Shown here: piece by piece, positions 50,613-60,599 of the stretch | How positions within the stretch are numbered: position 1 is the first letter of the stretch | How the letters are laid out: the number at the start of each line of letters is the position of its first letter | Assembly: GCA_052168235.1 (NCBI GenBank) | Contig: JBQLZK010000017.1 | Coordinates: 32,001 to 96,000, forward strand | Direction of reading: 5' to 3' | Source: Thainema sp. | GTDB taxonomy: Bacteria; Cyanobacteriota; Cyanobacteriia; Phormidesmidales; Phormidesmidaceae | DNA: 64,000 nucleotides | The notes under the pieces: model-generated | Told to the model about the DNA's origin: nothing | Databases searched by the model: none | Seen by the model: only the letters and a program-made list of their open reading frames with translations | Program-made: the position numbers and the translations under genes

Positions 50613-51281
50613 ATGAATCAACAGCAGTGGACGGCAGTAGATCAGTATTTTGCCGATGTCTTAGTACCATCTGATGCGGCTTTAGAGCAGGCGCTACAGG
50701 CTAGTCAAGCGGCTGGTCTACCACCTCATCATGTAGCGGCCAATCAGGGAAAGCTATTACAGCTCATTGCTCAAATTCAAGGCGCTAGAAGGATTCTGGA
50801 AATCGGCACGTTGGGAGGCTACAGTACGATCTGGCTGGCACGAGCCGTACCAACAGACGGTCAAGTGGTAACGCTTGAAGCGAATCCTACCTATGCTGAA
50901 GTTGCCGCCCAAAATATTGCCAGGGCTGGTTTGGCCGAGCGCGTCGAGATTCGAGTCGGTCGAGCCATTGAGACCTTACCACCGCTTCTACAAGACAATG
51001 CGGCTCCTTTTGACCTAATCTTTATCGATGCCGACAAACCGAGTAATCCGGATTATCTGTACTGGTCTCTGAAGCTGTCTCGCCCCGGTACGGTAATCAT
51101 TGGCGATAACGTCGTGCGCGATGGTGAGGTTGCCAATCCTGCCAATTCTGACCCCAAAGTGCAGGGTGTGCGCCGATTTTGCGAACTCATCGCAGCAGAA
51201 CCCAGATTATCGGCCACAGCGATTCAAACAGTAGGCAGTAAAGGCTATGACGGATTTGCGATCGCACGCGTCATGTATTAA
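50613..51281 (+). CDS. SAM-dependent O-methyltransferase (caffeoyl-CoA/MdmC-like)
   Basis: ILEIGTLGGYSTIWLA, FDLIFIDADK, DNVVR and KGYDGF motifs. Confidence 0.9.
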   Translation: MNQQQWTAVDQYFADVLVPSDAALEQALQASQAAGLPPHHVAANQGKLLQLIAQIQGARRILEIGTLGGYSTIWLARAVPTDGQVVTLEANPTYAEVAAQNIARAGLAERVEIRVGRAIETLPPLLQDNAAPFDLIFIDADKPSNPDYLYWSLKLSRPGTVIIGDNVVRDGEVANPANSDPKVQGVRRFCELIAAEPRLSATAIQTVGSKGYDGFAIARVMY

Positions 51282-51393
51282 CGAGTGATATCAACTCCGA
51301 ATTTCATTTGTGCAGATAGTGCATGTGAGTAGTGCGATTAATGCGATCGCATATCCAAAAAACATGCCAAACAAAAAGTAGGCTAAACAAAAA

Positions 51394-51457
51394 TTCTCCG
51401 CCTGTCAGAGCCACGCTGACCGAGGAAGGCCAACGCCTGCTTTGGCAGTGCGGAGAA
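51394..51457 (-). terminator. Long imperfect hairpin, probable apcD-side terminator
   Basis: ttctccgc...gcggagaa outer stem with nested stems, followed by a T-rich tract on the minus strand. Confidence 0.45.
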
Positions 51458-51492
51458 ATCTAAGAGCTCAGGCCAAAAAGAAATCGCTAAAT

Positions 51493-51593
51493 CTCACATC
51501 TTGCACCTTGCAGTTTGAAAACCCGAAGAGGTTGTTTTGCCGCCGCATCGCGGCGGCAAAACAGCCCTTCTGGGTTTTGGTGCAAGATGTGAG
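51493..51593. mobile_element. MITE (101 bp) with perfect 15-bp TIRs and a 5-bp target duplication
   Basis: ctcacatcttgcacc ... ggtgcaagatgtgag flanked by taaat on both sides (51488-51492, 51594-51598); internal GC-rich hairpin. Confidence 0.85.
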
Positions 51594-51705
51594 TAAATCT
51601 CCTTAATGCCCATCGCCGATTGATTTTTCATGTTGCTGTGGAAGATCCAAGCAGCAGCAAGCTAGAATGCTTTATCTAAGATAAAAATCAAAGTTAAAAA
51701 GCGTT

Positions 51706-52206
51706 TTAGCCAACTGTGGTCTTTGCCATGCCTTGAATGAGGAAGTCAAAGTAGGGAGCTGCTTCTTGTGCATCTTCAGCGGAGAGCAAGCCCAAGGAAG
51801 CATCCTTGAGTGCCCGCATGGAATCTTCCATGCCTTTCATTGGCACACCTAATGCGTTGTACATTTCGCGTGCACCAATCACACCAATTTTTTCAATTGG
51901 ATCTTTGCTGCCGGACAAAATGCCGTAGGTGATTAGACGTAGGTACCAGCCATAGTCACGAATGCACAAAGCACGCTGACGGTCGCCATAGGCATTGCCA
52001 CCGGGTTGAATATACTCCGGATGCTTTTGCCACAGACGACGGCTAGATTCGTCTACGATTTTCTTTTGGTTTTCATTGAGGATTTCAACAATGCGGAGCC
52101 GCTGCTCCCCAGTGCTGAGGAAATCTTCAATCGCTTTTAGTTCTCCGCTAGTGGGATAGCGAAGCTGATCGTCGGCGTTGAGAATAACTTGACTAACTAC
52201 ACTCAT
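51706..52206 (-). CDS. apcD: Allophycocyanin alpha-B subunit
   Basis: [19 protein letters not shown] and [27 protein letters not shown] motifs; divergent from rlmD. Confidence 0.93.
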   Translation of the reverse strand: MSVVSQVILNADDQLRYPTSGELKAIEDFLSTGEQRLRIVEILNENQKKIVDESSRRLWQKHPEYIQPGGNAYGDRQRALCIRDYGWYLRLITYGILSGSKDPIEKIGVIGAREMYNALGVPMKGMEDSMRALKDASLGLLSAEDAQEAAPYFDFLIQGMAKTTVG

Positions 52207-52275
52207 GATTATCAGAGCATTCAGATAGGAATATCTCTGACAGTGTAACGATTTGAGGGGCCTCAAGGGAAGAGA

Positions 52276-53679
52276 ATGACTACACTAAACCGTAACGATT
52301 CGCAACATTCAAGCTCAGATTCGCTCTGGGAGCAGGGTTCAATTCTGGAGCTGGAGGTGATTGACCTGAGCGACAGCGGCGACGGCGTGGGGCGCTGGCA
52401 GCAGCGAGTCGTGTTTATTCCAGACACGGTACCGGGCGACAGGGTTCGCGTTAGATTAGTCCATGTTAAGAAATCTTACGCTCACGCCAAATTGTTATCG
52501 GTCTTAACACCATCGCGCGATCGCATTCGGCCAGCCTGCATCGTGGCAGATAAGTGCGGCGGCTGTCAGTGGCAGGTGGTGAGCTATGAACGTCAGCTAG
52601 AGGCTAAGCGAAACCAGGTGATACAGGCGCTGGAGCGGATTGGTGGATTTGAGCAGCCGCAGGTCGAACCTGTGTTGGCGATCGGTGACGCTCTGCACTA
52701 TCGCAATAAGGCAACCTATCCCCTGAGTCGCAATGCGGAGGGGCAGGTGCAGGCGGGTTACTACCGCAAGGGTAGCCATCGGCTCGTGAATCTCAATCAG
52801 TGTCCGGTACAGGACGAGCGGTTGAATCCCTTACTCGCTCAGGTGAAGCAAGATATTCAGCAGCGGGGCTGGTCGATCTACAATGAGGAACGCCATCAGG
52901 GACGATTACGCCATTTGTCGTTACGAATCGGACGGCGAACGGGGGAAATTCTGTTAACGCTGGTGACAACGGATTGGCGGCTGGACGAGATTGAAGAACA
53001 GGCGGCCCTGTGGCTAGAGCAGTACCCCGATCTAGTCGGCGTGGCGCTGAATTTAAACTGCGATCGCACTAACCGCATTTTGGGTGCAGAAACTCGTTGC
53101 GTTGCTGGAGAACCTACTCTGACTGAGGTATTCGCTGGACTGCAATTCAAGATTCAACCCACGACCTTCTTCCAAATCTACACCGAGCAAACAGAAGCCT
53201 TGTTGGATGTGGTGATGCAGGAACTGAATCCTCAAGGTGAGGATATTCTATTGGATGCCTACTGTGGCATTGGTACGCTGACCTTGCCCCTGGCTCAACG
53301 AGTCCAACATGCGATCGGCATCGAAGTTCAAGCTGAATCTGTTGGACAGGCCCGACAAAATGCGACATTAAACCAGATTCACAATGTGGAATTTCAGGCG
53401 GGCAAAGTGGAAACCTGCTTGAAGTCCTTAAACATGCAGCCCAATCTCGTTTTACTCGATCCACCTCGCAAAGGCTGTGCAACGGCTGTACTGGATCAGC
53501 TTCGTCAGCTTCAACCCCAAAAAATCGCTTATATTAGCTGCAACCCAGCCACATTAGCGCGTGATCTGAAGCATTTGTGTGCCGATGGTCAATATCAGTT
53601 CATTCGTGTGCAGCCTGCTGATTTTTTCCCACAAACGGCTCATGTTGAATGTGCTGCTTTCCTGGAACTCCAGCATTAA
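52276..53679 (+). CDS. rlmD: 23S rRNA (uracil-1939-C5)-methyltransferase
   Basis: TRAM domain, [33 protein letters not shown] and FFPQTAHVE motifs. Confidence 0.93.
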   Translation: MTTLNRNDSQHSSSDSLWEQGSILELEVIDLSDSGDGVGRWQQRVVFIPDTVPGDRVRVRLVHVKKSYAHAKLLSVLTPSRDRIRPACIVADKCGGCQWQVVSYERQLEAKRNQVIQALERIGGFEQPQVEPVLAIGDALHYRNKATYPLSRNAEGQVQAGYYRKGSHRLVNLNQCPVQDERLNPLLAQVKQDIQQRGWSIYNEERHQGRLRHLSLRIGRRTGEILLTLVTTDWRLDEIEEQAALWLEQYPDLVGVALNLNCDRTNRILGAETRCVAGEPTLTEVFAGLQFKIQPTTFFQIYTEQTEALLDVVMQELNPQGEDILLDAYCGIGTLTLPLAQRVQHAIGIEVQAESVGQARQNATLNQIHNVEFQAGKVETCLKSLNMQPNLVLLDPPRKGCATAVLDQLRQLQPQKIAYISCNPATLARDLKHLCADGQYQFIRVQPADFFPQTAHVECAAFLELQH

Positions 53680-53818
53680 GCAGTATTGATCCGCATTAAT
53701 TTATAGATAGTTGTCGCTATTGGGGTTGGGGCATTTACAAAACAGCGTTCATATTTTGAACACTGTTAGATTTTCTCTCTGCCTGAACTAATATGGCTAC
53801 TGCTATGAAGCACCTGAA

Positions 53819-53923
53819 TAAGTAGGTTGGCATAAATAAACGCATACAAAAAACCAGGGGAGCGCCCCGAAGGGGCGCTCCCCTGGTTTTTTAGTTATGC
53901 ATTTATTCATATGCAGCTACTTA
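53819..53923. mobile_element. MITE-like element with TAAGTAG termini
   Basis: Imperfect ~28-bp TIRs TAAGTAGGTTGGCATAAATAAACGCATA / rc TAAGTAGCTGCATATGAATAAATGCATA; internal perfect hairpin with GAA loop. Confidence 0.7.
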
Positions 53924-54080
53924 GAACACCTAAATTCGATGCTGATTAGCTAACAAATGCTTTAACACTGTTGTCTGATAATGTTTTGATTTTGAATGTA
54001 GTTTCTCAAGCGGTTGATTAAAGCTTTTTGACTAAGAAATATTAAAAGCACAACTGTATTCGTCAAACAGTTATGAAACG

Positions 54081-54482
54081 TCACACGGCTTGACAATGGC
54101 ACACTTGTTTGGCACTTGCTGATTCGACTAGCGAAGTCAATACGTCTGTGCTTAGGGGATTGACTAAAAATCCATCTAAGCCTGGATTCTCCTCTCGATG
54201 AATCCAACTCGATGCATCACTATCAGCCACTGATAGGATCGTCGTGTGCGTTAAACCAGATGCCGCGCGAACCTGCTTAATAAAGCTGTTGGGCCAATGA
54301 ACATGCTCTCCCATGAGTAAAACCAAACACGGGTGAACGTGATAGGCGTAGTTCAGGGCCTGTTGCAGTGATGTGGCAACGACAATTGGACAGTTCAACC
54401 GTTTGAATGGCAAATGCCAGCTAATGGCAAGCCTTAATTCCAAATCAACGATGAGGACTGGATCGGAATGTGGCGTATTCAT
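54081..54482 (-). CDS. Stand-alone degenerate receiver-like protein
   Basis: VLIVD...PCLVLL...GLDGFLVNPLS receiver topology, but no phospho-acceptor Asp or conserved Lys. Confidence 0.6.
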   Translation of the reverse strand: MNTPHSDPVLIVDLELRLAISWHLPFKRLNCPIVVATSLQQALNYAYHVHPCLVLLMGEHVHWPNSFIKQVRAASGLTHTTILSVADSDASSWIHREENPGLDGFLVNPLSTDVLTSLVESASAKQVCHCQAV

Positions 54483-54914
54483 AATGGAACAGCATAATGC
54501 AGGGACGAAAGAGCCAATTGATTTGCTGGCATGTGCCTAGCAAAGTTACACGCATCCGTAATTTAGAATCCGAGTATCCATCATCGTTCTTATTGCATGT
54601 TTTGGTGACATCCTTCAGGCTTTTTTAGCCTTTGTGCATTAAAAGTAGTTATTTATTTTTCGTTTAGATTTTGATGAAGAATATTTACCTTTTTGTGTGG
54701 GCTTTTGAAGGAGCTTGTGAGACTTGTTGAAGTTAGTAGGCAGCGGCATGCCGTAAAACTCTCTTTAAAAATTAATATTTTCAATTGTTAAGTCGCTGCA
54801 CATAATTGGCTAAATTCAAAAGTCTAAACATGTCGGTTTTGGGCGAATTCTGCCCGCGAAAAATAAAGGCTAGGATGCCAAAACAGTTCAAATATCGTTA
54901 TTTCCGCATTTCTG

Positions 54915-55439
54915 ATGATTTTTCGAAGCATTAACATTCAATCTATTGGCCTTGCTGTTGGAGCCGGACTGGTAGCGCTCGTCTCAGGCTGCACAAATGA
55001 GGTCGTTGCCAACTATGATGCGATCGCAGAAGTGTCCTACACCTGGCAAGTTAACTACACCGAAGGCTCGGATCGCCCGAATGACGTTCGCCGCGAGCAG
55101 TTTGCCTCCACGTCGCTGATTAATCAAAATGGGGAACTGCCCGTTGGTTCTGTGACTGGCCCAGACGATCAGGGACTCTGGTGGCCAGAGTTGCCGCCAC
55201 GTCCGACAGTAGATGAGATTGAAGCGCGGCAGAGAAGCTCCCAGGAGCGAGCTAGTGCGCCGGAGTTAATCAAAAATGTGGACTACCGCATCACGTTTCA
55301 GCAGGATGGTGAAACGGTAACACTGCCGACCGAATATTCGGTTTATCGAGCAGCGGTGAAGGCGTATGAGCAGGATGCCGCACTAGAACTGACCGTGATT
55401 GATAATGTGCGGGTGGAGAAGGCGGAGGTTGTGGAGTAG
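54915..55439 (+). CDS. Hypothetical lipoprotein
   Basis: Lipobox VSGC; GPDDQGLWWP.LPPRPTVDE motif. Confidence 0.75.
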   Translation: MIFRSINIQSIGLAVGAGLVALVSGCTNEVVANYDAIAEVSYTWQVNYTEGSDRPNDVRREQFASTSLINQNGELPVGSVTGPDDQGLWWPELPPRPTVDEIEARQRSSQERASAPELIKNVDYRITFQQDGETVTLPTEYSVYRAAVKAYEQDAALELTVIDNVRVEKAEVVE

Positions 55440-55466
55440 CACTGTGCGACTACTGATTTGTCCAGC

Positions 55467-56336
55467 TTATTGTCGCCAGATGGCGTCGGCGACTTTGCAG
55501 ACATCGGCCATTTCGGCAACATCGTGAACTCGTAGGATATCGGCTGAGTTTGCGATCGCAGCGCAGCAGGTGGCAGCGGTGCCCCAAATGCGCCGTTGGG
55601 GGTCAGGTTGGTTGATAATTTTGCCGATGAAACTTTTACGAGAAGTCCCCACCAGCAACGGATAGCCCAGTGCCCGTAGTTCCGGCAGGTGGCGCAGCAG
55701 CTTAATGTTCTGCTCGGCGGTTTTGGCAAAGCCGATGCCTGGATCGAGGGCAATGTATTCCGGTTTGATGTCCGCTGCGATCGCAGTTTCCACCTGCTGC
55801 TGGATTGCAGCGGCAATGTCTCCGACCAGATCGGTATAATCGGTCATCTGCTGCATGGTCTGGGGTGTGCCGCGCATGTGCATCAGGATGATCGGCACGT
55901 TGAGCGCAGCGGCGACTGAAAGAATTTCCGGTTCAAACATGCCGCCGGAAATGTCGTTGATGATATCTGCTCCGGCTGCGATCGCGCATTTGGCGACTTC
56001 GGCCCGAGTCGTATCAACTGAAATGGGGACGGTTGTCATCCAGTCCATCTGGCGCAGGGTTTGGATAATAGGAATCACCCGCTCGATTTCCGCCTCTAGC
56101 GTAATCTGCTCGGCTCCAGGACGAGTTGACTGGCCGCCGATGTCCAAAATATCAGCTCCCGCTTCTGCCATCCGCTGGGCTTGTTCTAGCGCCGAATTGA
56201 GAGTATTGAACTGCCCTCCGTCGCTGAAGCTGTCGGGCGTGACGTTGAGAATGCCCATCAGATAGGTGCGCTGACCCCATTCAAATGTGCGATCGCGCAA
56301 TTGCCAAGCCGACGACTTCAATTTCACGTTCTTCAT
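55467..56336 (-). CDS. folP: Dihydropteroate synthase
   Basis: MGILNVTPDSFSDGG, GGQSTRPG, DPGIGF, GTSRKSFIG and LRVHDV motifs; ATG 56336 with RBS preferred. Confidence 0.96.
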   Translation of the reverse strand: MKNVKLKSSAWQLRDRTFEWGQRTYLMGILNVTPDSFSDGGQFNTLNSALEQAQRMAEAGADILDIGGQSTRPGAEQITLEAEIERVIPIIQTLRQMDWMTTVPISVDTTRAEVAKCAIAAGADIINDISGGMFEPEILSVAAALNVPIILMHMRGTPQTMQQMTDYTDLVGDIAAAIQQQVETAIAADIKPEYIALDPGIGFAKTAEQNIKLLRHLPELRALGYPLLVGTSRKSFIGKIINQPDPQRRIWGTAATCCAAIANSADILRVHDVAEMADVCKVADAIWRQ

Positions 56337-56351
56337 TCCTCCCGCAGTCAA

Positions 56352-56372
56352 GGTGGGCACTGCCCACCCTAC
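56352..56372 (-). repeat. GTAG-type REP
   Basis: Minus strand gtagggtgggcagtgcccacc. Confidence 0.65.
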
Positions 56373-56387
56373 GCATTGATTCATCTC

Positions 56388-56840
56388 CTAACTATCAACA
56401 TCTGCAAACGTATCTTGCGCTGTTCTAGGAACCGGCCAGTCTTCGTTTTCGCCGCCGATGATGATCCGTTGGATATCCACATAGTCTTTGCTGAACTGGT
56501 GGAATACATTGATTAACACATCCAGTGAGATCGCATCTGTGGTGCCTAAGTCAAACCAGCAGCGGGCCCAATTGCCCTCGTATTCGATATCGCCCATGTT
56601 GTGCATCAGCGCCATGAAGCTGTCGTCGGCTTGATCGGAGTTGTAGTCCATGTAGCTGATTTCTAGACCCGTCTCCTGCACCTGCAGATTTTCGGCGTTG
56701 AACCCACCTAGCTTGCCGAGAAAGAACCAGGAGTCGAACACTTCTTCGACATACTGGCGCTCCATTATTGACGGTACGGTGGCAAATTCCACCCAAATCC
56801 AAAGATTGAAAAAGTCAGTTTCTCGAAATTCAACACGCAT
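56388..56840 (-). CDS. DUF3531-family protein
   Basis: SWFFLGKLGGFNAENLQV, MHNMG and WARCWFDLGT.D motifs. Confidence 0.85.
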   Translation of the reverse strand: MRVEFRETDFFNLWIWVEFATVPSIMERQYVEEVFDSWFFLGKLGGFNAENLQVQETGLEISYMDYNSDQADDSFMALMHNMGDIEYEGNWARCWFDLGTTDAISLDVLINVFHQFSKDYVDIQRIIIGGENEDWPVPRTAQDTFADVDS

Positions 56841-56925
56841 GGACTGCTTGCACTATCTAACAGGGCAGAACTGACTCTAGCACTCAATCCGGCTGGGCAT
56901 CAATCTCCACAGCTAGAAACTGGAT

Positions 56926-57933
56926 TTAACCGAGCAGACAAGCAGCGGGAAAAATTAAATATTCAATAAAAAATAGCTTCCAGATGAACTGATAAAACTG
57001 GGGATAGGTAAGAGGCTGCGATGACAGCTTTGGGATAGCCTTCACTCTGCGATTTTGCCAGTTAACGCGCCAGCTATAAATCCAGCAGAGTGCAAGGGCA
57101 ATAGCGTGACTGACGATCAGCAGCGGTGCATTCACGTTGGGCAACAGGATACCCGCCAGAATCATGCCCAAATAGCAAATTGTCAAAATCCAGCGCGCCA
57201 GGTTGAATACGGCCTCTTGGCCCATCTGTACGGTAAACGTTTGGATATTGAACCGCCGATCGCCTTCGATGTCAGGTATGTCTTTGAAAATTGCGATCGC
57301 AATACTAAACACCACCACAAAAGCCGTCAGCACCCAAACCGCAGCAGGAATAGTGAGCTGGCTAAGGTCATTCCAGGCTGCACCGAGAAATCGCTGCTGA
57401 TAGTGCAGATACAGCCCCAAATTGACGATGCCACCCCGCACCGACAGAATACAGACCGAGGCCCAGAAGGCGAATCGCTTCAGCCGAATTGGAGGTAGGG
57501 AATACGCTGTACCGATCAGCAAACTAGAGCCAACGGTCGCCAATAAAAAAATGCCCTGACTGAGGGCAATCAGCAGGGCTAGCGTACCAGTGATACTGAT
57601 AATTGCGATCGCAGTGCGACGAGAAAACTGACCCGAGGCGACGGGCAAATGAGGTTTGTTGATCCGATCAATCTCAACATCGGCAATCTGGTTTAGCCCA
57701 ACGATATAAATGTTGCCGCAGATGCAGGCGAGCCAAGCGGAAAGGAAAAGTGTGATCGCGCTACCGATAGGAGGAATGCCGACAAAACTCCAGGCAATTA
57801 GCCACAGACCCATCGCACTGAGGCTGGTACCAATAATCGTATGGGGGCGAGAAAATCGCCACAGGGCACGGAACCATAATTTTGGCTGGCGCAGGATAGA
57901 AATTGGGGCACTCGATTGGGAAGTCACAGACAC
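56926..57933 (-). CDS. hpt: Homogentisate phytyltransferase (UbiA family)
   Basis: FSRPHTIIGT, GLNQIADVEIDRINKPHLP, KDIPDIEGD and FYQFIWKLF motifs. Confidence 0.92.
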   Translation of the reverse strand: MSVTSQSSAPISILRQPKLWFRALWRFSRPHTIIGTSLSAMGLWLIAWSFVGIPPIGSAITLFLSAWLACICGNIYIVGLNQIADVEIDRINKPHLPVASGQFSRRTAIAIISITGTLALLIALSQGIFLLATVGSSLLIGTAYSLPPIRLKRFAFWASVCILSVRGGIVNLGLYLHYQQRFLGAAWNDLSQLTIPAAVWVLTAFVVVFSIAIAIFKDIPDIEGDRRFNIQTFTVQMGQEAVFNLARWILTICYLGMILAGILLPNVNAPLLIVSHAIALALCWIYSWRVNWQNRRVKAIPKLSSQPLTYPQFYQFIWKLFFIEYLIFPAACLLG

Positions 57934-57947
57934 GTTGAAAAATTTTA

Positions 57948-58055
<108 letters not shown>

Positions 58056-58928
58056 TCATTCCGCTTTTGTAGCAGCTAACACTCCGTAGCGCACCAGGCC
58101 AGTCTGATAGCCGCGACTCATTAAACCCAGCGCCAATGCGCCGCGAATCGTGGGCCATCCTGCTTTCAGCAGTCCAACTAATGCCTGCGGTTCAAACGCC
58201 GATTCAATGACATGCGTCCAGAACGGCGCAACGGCAGTTGACCAGTCCGACACCCGAATATTTTGAAAGCCGATTTCCTCTGCGATCGCATGATATTCCG
58301 GCAGCGAAATTACGTAGGGCAAGCAGTAAACATCATAAATTTCTTCTAAATGCTCCTGCTCGTCAGGCGTTAGTGCGCCGCCCTCTACTGCATCGGTGGG
58401 ACGGTGACACCAGGTCGCCATTAAAAAAGTGCCGCCCGGTTGCAAAACGCGGTAGCACTCCCGTAAAAACTGCACCTTATCCGGCATGTGTTCGCCGCTT
58501 TCCATTGACCAGACGAAATCAAAGGAATTTTGATCAAACGGCATATCCAGCGCATCGGCAACCTGAAAAAACGCCTGTGGCGTTCGCTTAGCATCGGCCA
58601 GATTAGCAGCCTGCGATCTCTCAGTGGCTCGGTTAGCCTGAAACGGACTGAGCGTAATTCCCACCGCATCCGCCTGAAATTTTTCGGCCAGATACAGCGA
58701 ACTGCCGCCAATGCCGCAGCCTACATCGAGGATCTGCTTGGCATCGGTTACACTGCCCCATTTCAGCAGTTGCTCAATCAAATCAATTTGCGCTTGGCGG
58801 CGATCCTTTTTCAGATTGCCGGCAACGCCGTAATAACCGTGATGCATATGCTCCCCCCAAATTTGCTCCCACAAATCGGAGGAGGCATCGTAAAACGCTT
58901 GAATATTTTGCCGTAGTGTCGCAGTCAT
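58056..58928 (-). CDS. Gamma-tocopherol methyltransferase-like (VTE4 family)
   Basis: WGEHMHHGYY, LDVGCGIGGS and WSMESGEHMPDK motifs; adjacent to hpt. Confidence 0.88.
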   Translation of the reverse strand: MTATLRQNIQAFYDASSDLWEQIWGEHMHHGYYGVAGNLKKDRRQAQIDLIEQLLKWGSVTDAKQILDVGCGIGGSSLYLAEKFQADAVGITLSPFQANRATERSQAANLADAKRTPQAFFQVADALDMPFDQNSFDFVWSMESGEHMPDKVQFLRECYRVLQPGGTFLMATWCHRPTDAVEGGALTPDEQEHLEEIYDVYCLPYVISLPEYHAIAEEIGFQNIRVSDWSTAVAPFWTHVIESAFEPQALVGLLKAGWPTIRGALALGLMSRGYQTGLVRYGVLAATKAE

Positions 58929-59142
58929 GCTAAACCCGTTGCGTCCCTGTGGTGAATGGATGGCATATGCCTTATCTCATCGTGCCGTGCATCCTGGAAA
59001 TTGCACATGAACTAATGCTTTTTACAAAAAGAATTTATTTAGTCAGGATGCTTTATTAAGCTTGCTTTCACTAAACCATAAAAAACAAGTAAATGTCGCT
59101 AGGTCATGACCATTTACGCACAGAGATTACACACAGAAAACC

Positions 59143-59189
59143 CCAAAAGGGAAGGGTGTGCTGCAATGCGGCACACCCTTCCCTTTTGG
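59143..59189. terminator. Terminator hairpin downstream of the LuxR-type gene
   Basis: ccaaaagggaagggtgtgc/gcacacccttcccttttgg. Confidence 0.7.
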
Positions 59190-59231
59190 AGGCTTAGGCT
59201 GATTCAACTTCACGCCCGGAGTCTGAAAACG

Positions 59232-59876
59232 TCAGAACGATTGAATATCGCGAGCTTTAGCCAAGATATTCTTAACGTGGCGCTTCACAGTGTTTTGGGT
59301 AATGTAGAGCTGTTTGGCGATGTCTTTGTAAGAATATCCGGCCCGACGTAACGTCCAGACTTCTGTTTCACGCGGGGTGAAGCCATACTTGCGAGCATCT
59401 GCGATCGCAAGATTTTGAATCGACTGAGAGCGATCTTCCAGCGTCACCAGTAGGCAAGCACCTTGTTCAATATCGACCCACTGCACCCGCACGCGGATCG
59501 TAGAGCCTTCCTCAGTTACGATTTCAGATTCGGGGGCAACTTTTTGTTCGGGAAAAATCTGGCGGCTTTCAATCATGGCTTGGCTAACTCGGCGGACGGA
59601 AGGGGGCACAGAATCGGCATAGCCTGCCTGCTCCTGAAGCCGACGGCAAATCCGGCGAGCCCGGCCATTCATCATTAAAATTTCACCCTGTTCGCTCAGG
59701 ATAATTAGCCCATCGACGAAGCCTTCCAAAATCGCCTGCATTAAAAGTAGCCGATTAGCATGGCCAGATGAAGCTGGCTTTTGTGCAGATTGAACAGGTT
59801 GAACAGACGGGTGGCGACGACTTGTCAGCTGGTCAAATTCGCGGACAGGATTGGGTTTGACTGGCATCGAAATCAT
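59232..59876 (-). CDS. PAS-like domain plus LuxR-type HTH regulator
   Basis: ILEGFVDGLIIL..N.RA N-terminus; FTPRETEV..L...GYSYKDIAKQLYITQNTVKRHVKNILAK. Confidence 0.88.
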   Translation of the reverse strand: MISMPVKPNPVREFDQLTSRRHPSVQPVQSAQKPASSGHANRLLLMQAILEGFVDGLIILSEQGEILMMNGRARRICRRLQEQAGYADSVPPSVRRVSQAMIESRQIFPEQKVAPESEIVTEEGSTIRVRVQWVDIEQGACLLVTLEDRSQSIQNLAIADARKYGFTPRETEVWTLRRAGYSYKDIAKQLYITQNTVKRHVKNILAKARDIQSF

Positions 59877-60000
59877 AATTTTCTCCTTCAGTAGCCCATA
59901 GGGGGAATTGGGCGCTCGTTATTTCTTCACGTTGTTACTCTCATTGTGTTGCCAGCATTTATGAAGACACAATGAGTGGTATGTATCAAACACCAGTGAC

Positions 60001-60110
60001 CTGAAGTAAAATGAAGGGCACTGAAGCATACCGAAGTGAGATGAAGGAGGGTGAAGTTTTTAAAGTCGTCTATATATTAAAAAGTGTCTAAAGTGTCTAA
60101 AAAGTGGCTA
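60001..60110. promoter_or_regulatory. 10-bp-phased (T)GAAG direct-repeat array
   Basis: YGAAG at 60002, 60012, 60022, 60032, 60042 and 60052, then AAAGTG(T/G)CTA repeats at 60081, 60090 and 60101. Confidence 0.55.
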
Positions 60111-60599
60111 CCAGAAAGCCAATTCGGTAACGCAGGCTAATTTCGAAGGCGTGTATTACCTGTGTTAATCAACAGCTTGTACGAAAGGGATGCATCCAGA
60201 CCACGCAAAAACATTGTCATGGGTAACAGTCAAAAGCCTCTATTGGCCTTAGATTCAAGAAACTCAAGGTAGCACTACAGGCCAAGCTAAGCCTGTAATT
60301 TTAACCTCATCAATTTCAACCTGACTAATTTCAACTTGACTTAAACCTGGCATGGCTGCTGAGTTAAGCGCTGAACTTGAATACAAGTCAGTCTATGCGT
60401 CAATGCAGCACACCCAATCAGGTCAACCCGACGCTACTGAAGCTCAATACGTATGACTGATAGCGTATGGCAAATAAATAGGGTTGATAGTGTTTGCTCT
60501 ATACCCATGATTTATTCTTGCAGGTCTGCTTACTGAAAACATCACCCACCCAGGGTGAATTGTTGTCCGGCACAGTTCATCACCTTATTTATCGGGTTT

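Noticed and set aside
51394..51457. SRP (4.5S) RNA candidate
   Set aside because: Long hairpin contains GGAA but lacks the conserved CAGG...GGAA...AGCAG helix-8 motif
56337..56384. N-terminal extension of FolP (MNQCVGWAVPTL)
   Set aside because: Encoded by a REP palindrome; the downstream ATG has a good RBS
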